Positions 49,090 to 61,390 of a stretch of 64,000 nt of DNA are shown piece by piece (within the stretch, counting starts at the first letter, position 1; the number at the start of each line of letters is the position of its first letter). This DNA is from Podarcis muralis (Eukaryota). The DNA lies in contig NC_135659.1 in the NCBI RefSeq assembly GCF_964188315.1, forward strand, positions 9,176,001 to 9,240,000, given 5' to 3'. The notes below the pieces were generated by a model. It saw nothing but the letters and a program-made list of their open reading frames with translations. It ran no database searches and was not told where the DNA came from. The position numbers and the translations under genes are program-made.

Positions 49090-51391
49090 GGCTGGGGCTC
49101 GGATGGAGAAAGTGAGGCAACAGCTGCTGGCTCAAGAATTTGGTTGTGTGCAAGCGAGATGGTGGTTCAGCAGGGCAAGTTGATGGGTCCCGAACCTCAA
49201 ATGAAGTTGGTTTGAAACCAAGAGCTCGGTCTTGTTTCTCTTTCTACAGCAGTGGCTCTCAAAGGGTGCGGTGTGCCACATTGGTGTGGCAGGAGGACAG
49301 GATGGCAAATGTGGAGCATCCATGGTGTGTAGCACCATCGTCTTGCATTTTTCATTGCAGGGGTGGTTTCTTGGAAGAACTCTCGTTCTTTCCCTCCCGG
49401 TTTGCTGTGATTAGTGTCCCTGAGCCAGTCCGGGGGCAGCTATTAAGTGTTTCAGAACGCCCCCCAGCCAATCGCGTCATTTTTTTGTGCGGTGCAGAAA
49501 CCATGGTTTGTAGCGATGCATGAACATGGCCATGGTTTCCTCTGCTTTGAAAACGAGGATAGCTACACACAGCTTGCATTGGCTTCTGACACATTCTCCG
49601 TTAAACCGTGTTGCCCTGTTCTAAATCCAAATTGTGCATAATAGGCAGTGGGACGGTGCAAAAGTAATAAGGAAACTGTTCTTTTCCATGCCTTTGAAAA
49701 GAGCGGCATGAACGTGCCTGTTGCCATGGGCACAGTGCTCGCTCCTTTTTCATGCTTGCCTGCTTGTCGCCGCTGCAACAACCCAGTAGAGCAGCAAGCG
49801 GGAAAAGAAGCTCTTAATTCCATGGCCCCCTCCTTTGCAAACCTTTTTCCAAGCTGGAGTATATTTCAGATGTTTAAAGCATGCTGTGGACATTGTTGAG
49901 ATAGCTTTGTTGGAGATGGCTGTGGAAGTTGATAACTGGGAGGGGTGCAGCTGAGAATGTGACCCTGCAGCCCTGTTTTGCCCCCTCCCTCAGTGCTGTA
50001 GCATCAAAACTGCAAGTTGTGTAGTACCGTTTTATTTGCTGGCCAGATTATCCATGGATTGAGGAAATCCAAATATAGCAGGTGGAAAGTGTGGATTGCC
50101 GCATGGATGAGGAGGATGTTTTGTAGATGTGACAAAAAAGGAGACACAAGATGTTTCTAAATCCACATTAAACTCCAGTGTTGATGAGACCCTACGAAGG
50201 GGTGAGTTGCTTTTGGGGGGGTTAATTGTGCCCCAAAGCACCACTCCTGAAGAACAAGAAAAGTAACTCAGCAAGACCCCAAATTACTCTTTCTCCTACT
50301 TACTGTGTTATGATTTTGCTGTGAGCCATTCTCCGAATCAGAGAGTTCTGACTAGAGAAAGAGAGAGAGATCTCTCTCTAGTAGAGAGATCTGCACTATC
50401 TGTTATTTCTATGTGATGGAACATGGAAAATTATTCTGTGAATTCCTTACATCTGGAAAGCCAACAGTTGTACTAAGCTCACTGTGACAGCTACTAGTTA
50501 TGATATAGTAGGGCCTTCTCTATCCCATGATTTTGCCAAAATTAAGGAGGGGCACCAAATTTTTGCTATTGCTTGGAATATCTTTTCTTCCAAAGACTCT
50601 CTTTGCTTTTTAAAAAAAGGAAGTTTCTGGGTAGAGTTCATACTGTGTGCGAATCACTTTGCGAAATCTCAGGAATCAAGTGTGGGTCTGAATGAGGTGC
50701 AAAACAATCAGGATTGTGTGTGTTGTGATTCTGCAGGCATGCAGTAAAACCGTGCAGTGTGGTCCTACTTGGAATTAAGGCCCATTGAATTCAATGAGAC
50801 TTGCTCCAAGGTAAATGCATTTAAGATTCCAGCCATGAAATGTGGTATGGGATGCAGAATGGGCCTTTCTGAGGTTCTCTGCTTTCATTTGCAAAACAAG
50901 GAAGTTTCTTTCAGCTGCTAATAGATATATGCTTCAAAGAATGGCTGCTTAGTGCTGGCTGAATAAATGACCAGGTGGCTATGAGCAGGTGCCCTGCAAA
51001 ACTCCTTGCACTTTCATATGACCCAGCAAAACCAGAATATATTAGGCAAAATAATAAAACTGAAGACTAAATTATGTTAAATTGCTGTTTGCTCTATTTA
51101 CATAATGCATGTAGACTGTAAGATTCTGCTTTTCTCGGCAGAAAATCTGGATTATGATTTGGGTATGTAGTAAATATGACCCTGGGAGTGACTACAGAGT
51201 GGGCCTTTAATTCTCACTGTGCTGCTTTTCTGTCCCCGAGGTTGGAGAGAACAGAATAAATGGAGTAAAATCAACGAAATACGTAAATTTGTACAATTTA
51301 GGCAGGATTTATTTTGTGCAGAATTTTGATTATCTTGAATAATTATGGATATTTGAATGCAGAGCATGAAACCCTCTATCTGGGTCCCTCT

Positions 51392-51499
51392 TAGGTTGGC
51401 CAGATGCAAAAGAGAACAGAGGTATTGCACCTTTGATAATTCCCAATTCTAGACAACTATTAAAGGTGCAGGGGCCCTGTCCTCTTTTAGCCAACCCTG
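51392..51499. mobile_element. Fold-back MITE, hAT/Tip100-like termini
   Basis: taggttggcca...aaaagagaacag...tgcacctttg versus aaaggtgca...ctgtcctctttt.gccaaccctg. Confidence 0.55.
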
Positions 51500-51608
51500 C
51501 CCCCTGGTAAGGCCCTTCAGACAATGTTCTCTTGCCCAGCAATCGTATTGAAACGTCTGTTATTGTTTCCCCCACGAAAAAGGTACCTCACCACCTGGAA
51601 GTGGGAGC

Positions 51609-52575
51609 ATGGAAGGGAATTTCGCTACTGAAAAGAGAAGGACGCTGAACACCTTGAAGCAATGTGTCAGAAATATTCCTAGAGCGAAACAGCCCCCCGA
51701 GAACATTGATGATACAGGGGAGCATTGTCTCAACGGGCCATCCTGGGTTCCACTGGGGCTGCTGCGGGATTCAAGCAAGGGCACTTCTGTTCTGGAGTCC
51801 AAAGTTAAAGCTCTGAAAGAGAAGAGGAGTGCCGTCCACAGGCAGGCGGAGGCAGCACCCCAGGAGCGGGCTTCTCCCAAAAAGGCCAAGGCCCGGAAAG
51901 GGAAGCCGCTGACGGAGCCTGCTCCTCAGGATGCTGTGGTGGAACCTCAGGCCCAGATCCGCACCTACCTGACAGATGTGCTGCTGGACAGCACTGACTA
52001 CCCACGTCTCAAGCAGGAGGGATCTCAAGGGGCAGTACGTACAAGCCTGCTTGTTGACGACTTTGAACCTCTGAAGGGGTCTAAGGCGGCAGAAGAGCCT
52101 GCAGGCATGGGCTGGAGCTCACCCGAGGCATTCCAGAGGCTTCCAGGAAGCGACAGGATGGATAAAAGGGGCTCGTCAGGAAATGCAAAAAGGGCATCGC
52201 AGAATGGCCTCTGTGGGGCCAGCTCCTTAAAGGACCTTTCCTTCAACCAGAAATATTTTGAGGATGCAAACGGCAGAGAAGAGCACCTGGTTCATGGTAT
52301 GGATTTCGAAAGCGGTCCTTTTCTCCACAAAGATGACGCCTGTGGGGCGGGAACAACCGGCCGCCTTTGGCGAACCGAGAGCTGGGACAGTCTCTGCAGC
52401 GGCGGAAGCAATGCCAGCACCCTGTCCCTGGCAGAGAGAGTGGAGAGGAACCGGTCGATGCTGCAGGAAATGTTGAGCGCGACGCAGTTTAATAGCCATT
52501 CCTTGCGGGAGCTGCATACTCTGCGTCATCACAAGAAGGATGGCCCAGGCCGTGGGAGAGATGGGCCCAGTAACG
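51609..52575 (+). CDS. KIAA1614: KIAA1614 coding exon beginning at probable start codon (MEG...SVLESKVKALKEK...LSLAERVERNRSMLQEML...)
   Basis: Motifs SVLESKV(K/R)ALKEK and LS(L/A)..RVERNR..LQEML match KIAA1614. Strong Kozak context (AGCATGG), in-frame TGA 60 nt upstream, acg|gtatgt donor. Confidence 0.88.
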
Positions 52576-52674
52576 GTATGTGGAAGCAGGGTGAAGAGGT
52601 TTTCAGAAACCGAACAGGATTTGCAACTTGGATGGGTAGTAGTGGGGAGAAATACTGTGAGAGTTCAGAAAGTA

Positions 52675-52934
52675 CCATATTTTTTTGCTGTATAAGACCC
52701 ACTGTTTCCCTCCTAAAAAGTAAGGTGAAATGTGTGTGCGTCTTATGGAGCAAATGCAGGCTGCGCAGCTATCCCAGAAGCCAGAACAGCAAGAGGGATT
52801 GCTGCTTTCACTGCCCAGCGATCCCTCTTGCTGTTCTGGCTTCTGAGATTCAGAATATTTTGTTTCTTGTTTTCCTCCTCCAAAAACGAGGTGCGTCTTG
52901 TGGTCTGGTGCGTCTTATAGAGCGAAAAATACGG
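52675..52934. mobile_element. Tc2-like MITE family C
   Basis: TIRs and TA flanks as for the 28105 copy. Confidence 0.9.
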
Positions 52935-53979
52935 TATTGCAAAAAGGGGGGGGGACCCGCCAGAACTGAATTTCCACCTCCCTCTCCACTTGATCCTCGC
53001 TTTTTCCTCCCCCAAACGTCTTGGTTTGATCCTCAGGAGACGCAACCACCCCACCATGTCCCATCTTATGCTGTTCTTCCATTCTCTACACCCTGCAATC
53101 CATATGACGGCCCCTAGTCCATGTTGATGCCACAGATCCCTTTGCCTTTGGTCTTAAAAAAAGGGAATTGTGGGGATGGGCTAAGATTTTTGTCACAACA
53201 ACGGCATGTGAGAGGGGGCTGAATAGGTTTAACCTCTCCCCCCCGCAATATCCCAGCAAAAATGTCCCCTTCTCTGCTACTGTTAGCCCCAAGAAGGAAG
53301 CTTCCTCTGGCGCCAATGGGAACCAACTTCCTGGGGCTAATAGTAAGCACATACTCTCTCAAGAACGTAAGTCCCAGCGTTCCTCAGTTGCTGCTGGTAT
53401 TTTCTTTGCACTGGCAAGAGGAGCCTTCAGGTTTTGGCTGCTGGCTGGCAACGGGAGGGAGGGACAAGTCCCATAATAATCAGGGACATTGAGGTCCCAG
53501 GGCAGTAGGAGCCAAGACTATTAATAGGATTTGCAAGCCCAAGCATATATGTGCGTAAATGAGTTAGGCCTCTGGTCTTCGGAGTGCAACAGTCATTAGA
53601 TTTGAGAGGCCAGGAGCAGTTTCTCAATGACATTTATCGCCCATGGAATAATTACTATATATGTATGCCATGTCTTGCAGTCAGATCAGGCAGCCAGAAA
53701 TATACAAAGGGACCTAAAGAATACAAAGAGCCCATTACTTTCTCCCACCCAAAAAGCAGACCAGGTATGTAGGCTTACAAGTTTGTACAGAGCCTAGAGC
53801 AGGATGCTTGGGTGGTGCAGAATTGGGACACCGGGCCCAAATCTTTGGGGTGAGGAACACTGAATATAAATAGCCTTTTCTCGGTATAAGATGTGTCTTT
53901 TCACACAAACCATGCTGCATTTCATGTGGCTAAAGTATACACAATAATAACATGCACTTCTCTTGTCCTGTGTCTACAG

Positions 53980-54043
53980 AGATTCTGGCAAATGATGTAG
54001 ACTGGGATTCTGGAGTTTCGTTACAGGATTCTGAAGGCTACCG
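53980..54043 (+). CDS. KIAA1614: KIAA1614 64-nt exon: (E)ILANDVDWDSGVSLQDSEGY(R)
   Basis: ctacag acceptor and ccg|gtaaga donor. The DVDW.SG.SLQDS motif matches the human protein. Phase-consistent. Too short to appear in the ORF track. Confidence 0.92.
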
Positions 54044-55843
54044 GTAAGATTTCAGTATCCTCATTCCCCTGCGAAGGCAAGGAGACACAATCCAAAAATG
54101 CTTATAGCCATTTCTAACTTGGGACTTCACACTGGAGTTGACTGCATGTTTGCAGCTGTTTGTGTTCCCATTTAATCTGCGGTTCCCCAGATTCTTTTAG
54201 GAAAAAGATGTGCTTTAAATGATTGGTTCTAATCCCTACCCCGCAGACTGCTTGAATATTGATGAGGGTCATTGCAGACCACTTAATGATTTTTCTGCCT
54301 GTTGCAGCAATTGCAATACGCCATGCTAGATGGCGTACGATTTTTAATAGCATTTTTATAGCTTCTTTCATTTCTTATATATTGTATTTTCTAGAATTCA
54401 AATTGTAATGCAGTAAAATACGAAGGAAGAAATAAAAATACAATTAAAAGTCAGTGCGAACATATGGATATTCCATCTCCCATCTTCAACCACAAATCCA
54501 CAGACCGCACTTTGGGAACCGCTGCTTCAAATTACACTATGGATGCGACGAGAGAGTGGTTTGCTTAAAGGCCATCGTGGTTGGTTTGTTGCTGAAAATA
54601 ACATTACCGCCCCCCGGGCAAAACATCTGGGAAATTTTGAACTGAAATTACACAAGGGGCTTCTGCTCGTCATTGGGGGAGTGTTTTCTCTGTAAAACAG
54701 CAGTCGGCTTCATTGTGCTGCTGCTCCTTCCGAAAAACCTCAGCAGAGCAAGATGCGAGCCTCCGTGTGTGCGTCGCGAGGTGTGCAGGCTGCAGTGAAA
54801 GAGTTAAGCTCAGGCCAGCTGAAGTGAGTCTGTGAGCGGATTAAAATAATCACGAAGATTAGGGTGAAGACCAATAGGGGAAGGGTTTGAGCGATAGGCA
54901 TGTTGATTGTGCAGAGAGAAATGGGTCACATGGTGAAACAGTGAAAGCTTTAAGATGGTGGACCCCCCCACCCTCACAACCCTTTCCTTTTCTAGTGTTG
55001 CAGTGCTTAGAAGACGGGAAGGGATAAAGAAAACCATTGCAGGCCGATGTTTGGTGCACCAGCAGCGATGCATGGAGGGGGTGGGCGGCTTTGGACTCAG
55101 CACAGCGTTAGAGGGTGGTACCAGCAGATCCAGCACAGGCTTTAGAGGAAGAGTTGTTTCTCAGAGTAGCTGCGTTGCAGGCGTGAGATTGTTCCACGCC
55201 ACCCCAGGATCCCCAAGCGGCGCAAGATTCCAGGGGTTGCAGGTGCCCTTACCAGGGTCTGTGCTCCCTTTGGAGACCACGAGGCACAGCAGAGACTGTG
55301 GTGTCTTGATGATATGTGGTTTAATTTATACATAGATACAACCTGCACCTAGATGGAGGGATTGCCGGCTATTCACATCCTATGAGGTCTGGTTTCTGCC
55401 TTAAGGGCAGCTTTGGATGAAAGGACTGCAAAAAGCCACCCTCTGGGTCTCTTTGTTCCAGCCTGCCATCCCTAGCTCATGTGGAGCGCTGACCCTCTTC
55501 CTCCTCCCCATTGCTAACCAACTCCAAGGACCTCCCAACAACCTGTGCCATTCAAAGTTGAAACCCTAAACCTCTGGTGGTTTCCTGGACAGGCCACCAG
55601 TGGCCTTTGTCCCCTGCTAATGGCCCATCTACCTGAGCTGGCTTAGCTTGTTAGCATAAGTAAATCCAGGGGTGTTGCACATTTGGCAAAATTTAACCAA
55701 ACCTTGATTAATTCTAGCCCTCCCCCCAAACCCATAACATCATCCCAGGTTCAATCCCTGGAATCTCCAGATATGTCTGAAAGAAGCAGGACTGGGAGAG
55801 AATCAGATCCGACATGCTGGAGAGATGCTGTCAGTCAGTAGAC

Positions 55844-56372
55844 CAGAGCTTTCTAAACTGTGTGTCTCAACACGTTAGTGTGCCAGCTATAGTGTAGGTT
55901 TGTTGTGCAAACGCTCCCTGCGCTCCTCCCAGGGCTGGAAAGGGGTCGGTTTCAGCATCTTGGGCTTGCCGATCAGAAGGTCGGTGGTTCGAATCCCCGC
56001 AACGGGGTGAGCTCCCGTTGCTCTGTCCCAGCCTCTGCCAACCTAGCAGTTCAAAAGCACACCAGTGCAAGTAGATAAATAGGTGCCGCTGCGGCGGGAA
56101 GGTTAATAGCATTTCCATGTGCTCTGGCACTTGACACGGTGTCCCGTTGCGCCAGAAGCAGTTGAGTCCTGCTGGCCACATAACCCAGAAAGCTGTGGAC
56201 AAATGGCCACTCCCTTGGCCTGAAAGCGAGATGAGCACTGCAACTCCATAGTTGCCTTTGACTGGACTTAACAGTCCAGGGGTCCTTTACATCCCCCCCC
56301 CCCATTACTGTGTTGCTAAATGATGCATGTCTAAAAAGTGTGTCATCAATGTGAAAAGTTTGGAAGGCTCTG
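55844..56372. mobile_element. hAT (Charlie-like) MITE containing a Sauria SINE
   Basis: TIR cagagctttctaaact / agtttggaaggctctg and an 8-bp TSD cagtagac / cagtggac. Confidence 0.8.
55961..56290 (+). mobile_element. Sauria SINE, 5' end degenerate or truncated
   Basis: Box B GGTTCGAATCC and body homologous to the 1264 copy, ending ggggtcctttac. Confidence 0.85.
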
Positions 56373-56380
56373 CAGTGGAC

Positions 56381-56527
56381 CATTGGTCTTCAGCTGGTGG
56401 GTCACTGCCTGATATAAGGTGTGTCCCAACAGCAGCACTGTATCATTTTTAAAAATTAAGAAATTGGTCCCCAAATGCATGCTCATTCTAATGGCGAGTC
56501 CTGGGTTTGAAAAAAAGGTGAACACTG
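56381..56527. mobile_element. Older degenerate hAT/Charlie-like MITE
   Basis: Left end cattggtcttca...gggtc and right end ...gaacactg, flanked by degenerate .tagac target copies. Confidence 0.5.
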
Positions 56528-56704
56528 ATATAGACAGTCCTGAGCTACATGGACCAAGAATCTAACTGAATATAAAGCAGCTTCTTAACCCATCTGGTGA
56601 TGTTAACTCAGAAGTAAATTTGACGGTGCTTACTCCCTAGTCAGGGTGAGTAGGGTTGTATATCTATATTGCTCAGTCCTTCCTTGAAGCTCACTGTTAA
56701 TATT

Positions 56705-58330
56705 GAATCATAGAATCATAGAATCATAGAGTTGGAAGAGACCACAAGGGCCATCGAGTCCAACCCCCTGCCAAGCAGGAAACACCATCAGAGCACTCCT
56801 GACATATGGTTGTCAAGCCTCTGCTTAAAGACCTCCAAAGAAGGAGACTCCACCACACTCCGTGGCAGCAAATTCCACTGTCGAACAGCTCTTACTGTCA
56901 GGAAGTTCTTCCTAATGTTTAGGTGGAATCTTCTTTCTTGTAGTTTGGATCCATTGCTCCGTGTCCGCTTCTCTGGAGCAGCAGAAAACAGCCTTTCTCC
57001 CTCCTCTATGTGACATCCTTTTATATATTTGAACATGGCTATCATATCACCCCTTAACCTCCTCTTCTCCAGGCTAAACATGCCCAGCTCCCTTAGCCGT
57101 TCCTCATAAGGCATCATTTCCAGGCCTTTGACCATTTTGGTTGCCCTCCTCTGGACACGTTCCAGTTTGTCAGTGTCCTTCTTGAACTGTGGTGCCCAGA
57201 ACTGGACACAGTACTCCAGGTGAGGTCTGACCAGAGCAGAATACAGTGGCACTATTACTTCCCTTGATCTAGATGCTATACTCCTATTGATGAGGCCCAG
57301 AATTGCATTGGCTTTTTTAGCTGCCGCGTCACACTGTTGGCTCATGTCAAGTTTGTGGTCAACCAAGACTCCTAGATCCTTTTCACATGTGCTGCTCTCA
57401 AGCCAGGTGTCACCCATCTTGTATTTGTGCCTCTCATTTTTTTTGCCCAAGTGCAATACTTTACATTTCTCCCTGTTAAAATTCATCTTGTTTGTTTTGG
57501 CCCAGTTCTCTAATCTGTCAAGGTCGTTTTGAAGTGTGATCCTGTCCTCTGGGGTGTTAGCCACCCCTCCCAGTTTGGTGTCATCTGCAAATTTGATCAG
57601 GATGCCCTTGAGTCCATCATCCAAGTCGTTGATAAAGATGTTGAATAAGACCGGGCCCAGGACAGAACCCTGTGGCACCCCACTAGTCACTCTTCTCCAG
57701 GATGAAGAGGAACCATTGATGAGCACCCTTTGGGTTCGGTCAGTCAGCCAGTTACAAATCCACTGAGTGGTAGCATAGTCAAGACCGCATTTTACCAGCT
57801 TCTTTACAAGAATATCATGGGGCACCTTGTCAAATGCCTTGCTGAAATCAAGGTAGACTACATCCACTGCGTTCCCTTCATCTACCAGGCTTGTAATTCT
57901 GTCAAAAAACGAGATCAGGTTAGTCTGACATGACTTATTTTTCAGAAATCCATGCTGACTATTGGTGATCACAGCATTCCTTTCTAGGTGCTCACAGACT
58001 GTTTGCTTAATGATCTGCTCCAGAATCTTCCCTAGTATTGATGTCAGACTGACTGGGCGGTAATTATTTGGGTCCTCTCTTTTCCCCTTTTTGAAAATAG
58101 GGACAACATTTGCCCTCCTCCAGTCTGCCGGGACTTCGCCTGTTCTCCAGGAATTCTCAAAGATGACTGCCAGTGGTTCTGAAATCACATCTGCCAGTTC
58201 TTTTAATACTCTTGGATGCAGTTCATCTGGCCCTGGAGACTTGAATACATCTAGACTAGCCAAGTATTCTTGTACTATCTCCTTAGTTATTCTGGGCTGT
58301 GTTTCCTCTGCTGAATCATTTGCTCCAAAT
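56705..58330 (-). mobile_element. CR1 LINE, 5'-truncated, uninterrupted ORF2 reverse-transcriptase region (56788-58263)
   Basis: [32 protein letters not shown] and IKFADD motifs, with a 3' (ATTCTATG)n tail. Confidence 0.96.
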
Positions 58331-59533
58331 TGAGTCAGCCACTGCTTCTCTGCTTACGTCTGCTATCCAAGGATGTTACAAAGATAAGGCAGATTGAAAG
58401 AAACCCATGGACACCACTCTGAGTTCTTGAAGGAAGGGCAGAATACTAATATCTGTTTAAGAACAAACCCATCATTTATGCTTTTTCTGTATCTGTAATT
58501 ATTCTCTGTATGGTTTTTATTGTGTTATAAATCACTTTGGGACACCTCGTGGGAAGCTGTTCATTAAATAAATAAAGACTGGTACAAGTCAGTATTTATC
58601 GAGCAACACAATACCCTTTTCAGGGGAACAATTAAAAGAAAACATCTCATCTAGGCATGTAGAGTGTGCTCCCTTGCTTTTTTTGTGGGAGTGGGTGAGA
58701 TTACTTCCTGAAGTGAGAAGATCCTTGGCCCTTTTCTTTAAACCAGAGTGTCTCCTTGAGTCTTGAAGTGACATCTTTTGGGAATGTGGAAGCAATTTCG
58801 TAGAGAAGACCTATTGCCAATTATATGAATGTTGGCTTCTTAGTCTTGCCCTGATCTGTGGGGAAACTCAGTTCTTCAGGTTTATTTGGGCAGGTGTGCT
58901 TGAAAGACCAGAGCTGGCCCCTGGCAACACAACTAGTGCTGTATTCAGAAGATGTGAATTTGCCAGTTGTGGACACCTGCAGGATGCCTTTGACATCATA
59001 TGTGCTAGAGAGCTATCTATCTATCTCATCATCATCAATCTCTGTGTTTCTTGGTTTTTAACAATGTATAGTCTTCCACTCCAGTGTTTTGGGTAGTGCA
59101 GAGCCTCCCAATTCTTTTAAAAATGTGCATTCAAGACTGCTTGGGACTCTCTTCGGTGGGGATGGGGCGCAATTTTTAAGGAACTACCAAGTACATCTTT
59201 TTACTTGCTGTCATATGTAATTGAACGGCTTCTTTTAGTCTGGAATGTACAAATTTCATCCTTAAATGCTTTGACCTCCCTGCAGCTTTTCATCCTGGCT
59301 GCATGTCTAGAAATCAGTTTTGAGATGGATGCTACCAAGCTGGCTATATCTTGACCTAAAAGATGCCACCTAGTGTGAACTCAGGCAGCTGCAGGGGACC
59401 TAAACCCAGCCTCCATGAGTGTGTTGTCTCCCCACCACACTGCTGCCACCGTCACTGTTAAACCACTCTTAATCCTTGTTATTTTTTTCCTAATCCTCCG
59501 CTGCTTCCTTGCTCCCTGCTGCTTTGCCTGCAG

Positions 59534-59677
59534 GGCCTTTGTTCCCAACCAGGAGCTGGAGCTGAGTCCCAGGCATGAACAGGCCAAGCAACTGCTGCAG
59601 AGAGCTCGCATGAAGGCCAGGACGAACCCACTCCGAGCAAGCCATAACATCCTATCTACTGCCCCTCAGGAAAGGAG
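59534..59677 (+). CDS. KIAA1614: KIAA1614 144-nt exon: [39 protein letters not shown]...
   Basis: cctgcag acceptor and gag|gtaagg donor. [24 protein letters not shown] motif. Confidence 0.94.
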
Positions 59678-60212
59678 GTAAGGCCAGTGATTTATCCTGC
59701 TCTGGGCCTGGGAGGCAGATCAGGGAAGAGGGCAGGAAAGAAGGATCTGTACTGCGTTTCCTGTCCGCAGCCCTCCATTCCAGCTTTTGCATTTCTTGCC
59801 TTTTCATCTTTCACACTTGTAAACCGCTTGTGCTGTTCGCATCTATAGTTCTCCACTCACAAAATTCAATACACTGCCAACCGTGTACCTGTCCGCTGCG
59901 CTCATTGAATACATTTGTACCTAGTGCTGGGGGATTTTCTGTCAGCCACCCCCCATTGGGGGAGGTATATTGTCTATCTTACTTCATCTCATCAAGGTGT
60001 TAGACTGCCTAGTCTAAAACTATGGTCAGAGTGAGGTGCTGTGCCAACTAATCAAGGAGAGCGCCCCAGGAATTATAATGTGTGTTGATTCTGGACCAGG
60101 AAAACAACAACAATGTATGTGATGAAAAACATAACTTCGGATTGAGATGCAAACATCTGATGGAGTGAAATCATCGATTCTATTAATTGTAGTCACACCA
60201 TTGATATGACTT

Positions 60213-60476
60213 TGTTGTTGTTGTCTAGTCGTTCAGTCGTGTCCGCCTCTTCGTGACCCCCTGGACCAGAGCACGCCAGGCACTCCTGTCTTCCCCTGCC
60301 TCCCGCAGTTTGGTCAAACTCATGCTGGTAGCTTCGAGAACACTGTCCACCCATCTCGTCCTCTGTCGTCCCCTTCTCCTTCTGCCCTCCATCTTTCCCA
60401 ACATAAGGGTCTTTTCCAGGGAGTCTTCTCTTCTCATGAGGTGGCCAAAGTATTGGAGCCTCAGCTTCATGATCCG
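60213..60476 (-). mobile_element. RTE-BovB LINE 3' fragment
   Basis: KLRLQYFGHLMRREDSLEK frame and a 13-bp TSD attgatatgactt (60200-60212 / 60477-60489). Confidence 0.93.
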
Positions 60477-61390
60477 ATTGATATGACTTAGGCATCCATA
60501 GTTACCAAAACAGGGACTAGCTGGCTCCTGTACAGAAATGTAGTCATGAATATAAACGTAAGAACATATTGTATGGCAAATTCACTTGACCGAAATTTTT
60601 AGAATAAGATTTAGGGGGGGAAAGGATGTGCACCGTTGTTGTGATAGCTGAAAGGTCTTTTAGCATAGGAGGGGAAACATAACTTGTCATGGGTGTTTAC
60701 AAAATGTGTGGCAAGCTGCTGGATCTCATGGGTAGCTGAATTTCTGGCCACCGTGCTGTGAAACCGTTGTTTAATGCTAAACATTAAACAACGTTTAGCA
60801 GTGTGCTGATCTTTTGTTGTGCAACAGATGAGGGTTTCGCTCACTCTCACATGGCCAACACACCAAAGATTATTGTAAGCGCTGGTGGAACACATTCTCC
60901 ATCCCCTATGCCAAGCACGCTGGCAGCTTATGCAGAGTTATTGAATCTGGAGGATTATGTTGGTTTTATTTCATGATAACAAGAGAGGCGCTAGCTATAA
61001 GGTCTTTGCATCAAGGCACACTTGTGGTGTTTGCTGAACAATATCAAACATCATCTCTAGAGTAAAACGAAAACATAACCTCCACCAGCAAACTTGCATT
61101 GCTGCTCTATATTCTACCCTTCCTCCTATGCTCTGCGGAAAAGAAAGCACTTTTAATATAAATAGCACAGGTGCTCCAGATCCCATAGAAAAGGATCACA
61201 TGGATCTGAGAAGCGCACGTGACTGCCGGCTGGGTGTCTTGGCCTAACTGAAATCTGACTTGGAGATGTAGCCACTCCTAAGACCAAGGCTAGCATGTAA
61301 GGAGAGCACTTGAAGTTTTTCCTATAGCTGTAGGGAACTAGAATAAATCAAGGAGTCAGCGGGGGCCTGACATCAGCAAGTCCTCTTTAA

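Noticed and set aside
50341-50395. Palindromic agagagagatctctctct hairpin
   Set aside because: Low-complexity (GA)n/(TC)n juxtaposition with no further support.
56788-58263. 491-aa ORF as a domesticated reverse-transcriptase gene
   Set aside because: It is a typical 5'-truncated CR1 with its native tail, starts at a non-ATG codon, and shows no promoter or splice evidence.
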